Part shown: positions 61,360 through 61,614 of the stretch, in pieces
How the letters are laid out: each line of letters begins with the position of its first letter
Numbering within the stretch: position 1 is the first letter of the stretch
The notes under the pieces: model-generated
Databases searched by the model: none
The model's input: only the letters and a program-made list of their open reading frames with translations
Told to the model about the DNA's origin: nothing
NCBI GenBank assembly: GCA_036522475.1
Contig: DATDFT010000076.1
Location: forward strand, 1 to 61,614
DNA: 61,614 nt
Direction: 5' to 3'
Source: Pyrinomonadaceae bacterium
GTDB taxonomy: Bacteria; Acidobacteriota; Blastocatellia; Pyrinomonadales; Pyrinomonadaceae
Translations under genes and position numbers: made by a program

Positions 61360-61614
61360 GGCTTTGCACTGAGCGCCAAGGGCGTGGAATATGCGCGCAC
61401 TGTGAACAACGTCAGCGCCAAAGGCGCGAAATATAGCGCAATGTGAACAATGCCAGCGCCAAAGGCGCGGAATATGCGCGCAATGTGAACAATGCCAGCG
61501 CCAAAGGCGCGGAATATGCGCGCAATGTGAACAATGCCAGCGCCAAAGGCGCGGAATATAGCGCAATGTGAACAATGCCAGCGCCAAAGGCGCGGAATAT
61601 GCGCGCAATGTGAA
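61360..61614 (+). repeat. Tandem array B: at least 6 copies of a 41-42-nt unit, homologous to array A; truncated by the window end
   Basis: The unit is AGCGCCAAAGGCGCGGAATATGCGCGCAATGTGAACAATGCC, starting at 61372, 61414, 61455, 61497, 61539 and 61580. The array opens with GGCTTTGCACTGAGCGCCAAGG, as array A does (33420..). Confidence 0.95.

Overview
This 61.6-kb window has gene content typical of Acidobacteriota: a duplicated-FtsX 'ADOP'-type permease, a CarboxypepD_reg-fronted TonB-dependent receptor, and a TPR-CHAT protein with an anti-sigma-like N-terminus. That taxonomic call is an inference. From 1 to about 31.1 kb the genes look like ordinary chromosome: an ECF sigma / TPR-CHAT / S8 protease block, amidohydrolase, hemolysin-III, two paralogous secreted giants, trpF, a TonB receptor, MscS, TetR plus acyl-CoA synthetase, PIN and HipA-like pairs, a DUF4397 lipoprotein, the ADOP permease and a HAD phosphatase. 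From about 31.1 kb to the window end the character changes. A 5'-truncated Hsp70-like gene abuts a repeat module. It is followed by a sigma-54 enhancer-binding protein with a degenerate receiver domain, a dyad site with a candidate sigma-54 promoter, and a small gene. Next comes a ~480-bp composite palindrome built from GC-hairpin tandem repeats. After that lies a tightly coupled gene set for an extracellular contractile injection system (eCIS, Afp/PVC-like): sheath, tube, DUF4255 cap, double-AAA+ ATPase, second tube-like protein, LysM/gpX-like, gpD-like, gp5/V spike, PAAR-like, gp25, gp6/J and a gpI-like giant, plus two fibre-like proteins sharing one N-terminal module. Downstream are a secreted 828-aa protein with a C-terminal sorting-like signal, a variant Lgt-family gene, and an HExxH-OmpA protein with a GNxxVxRLIQ-type leader. 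A second hairpin array, homologous to the one upstream of the sheath gene, runs off the window end. One repeat-module family headed by a TTTGC(A/G)CAAA dyad box occurs at five junctions across this region, and one copy carries a second sigma-54-like promoter inside the operon. I found no rRNA, tRNA, CRISPR array, integrase or transposase. All domain calls rest on motifs read by eye from the translations; no searches were run.
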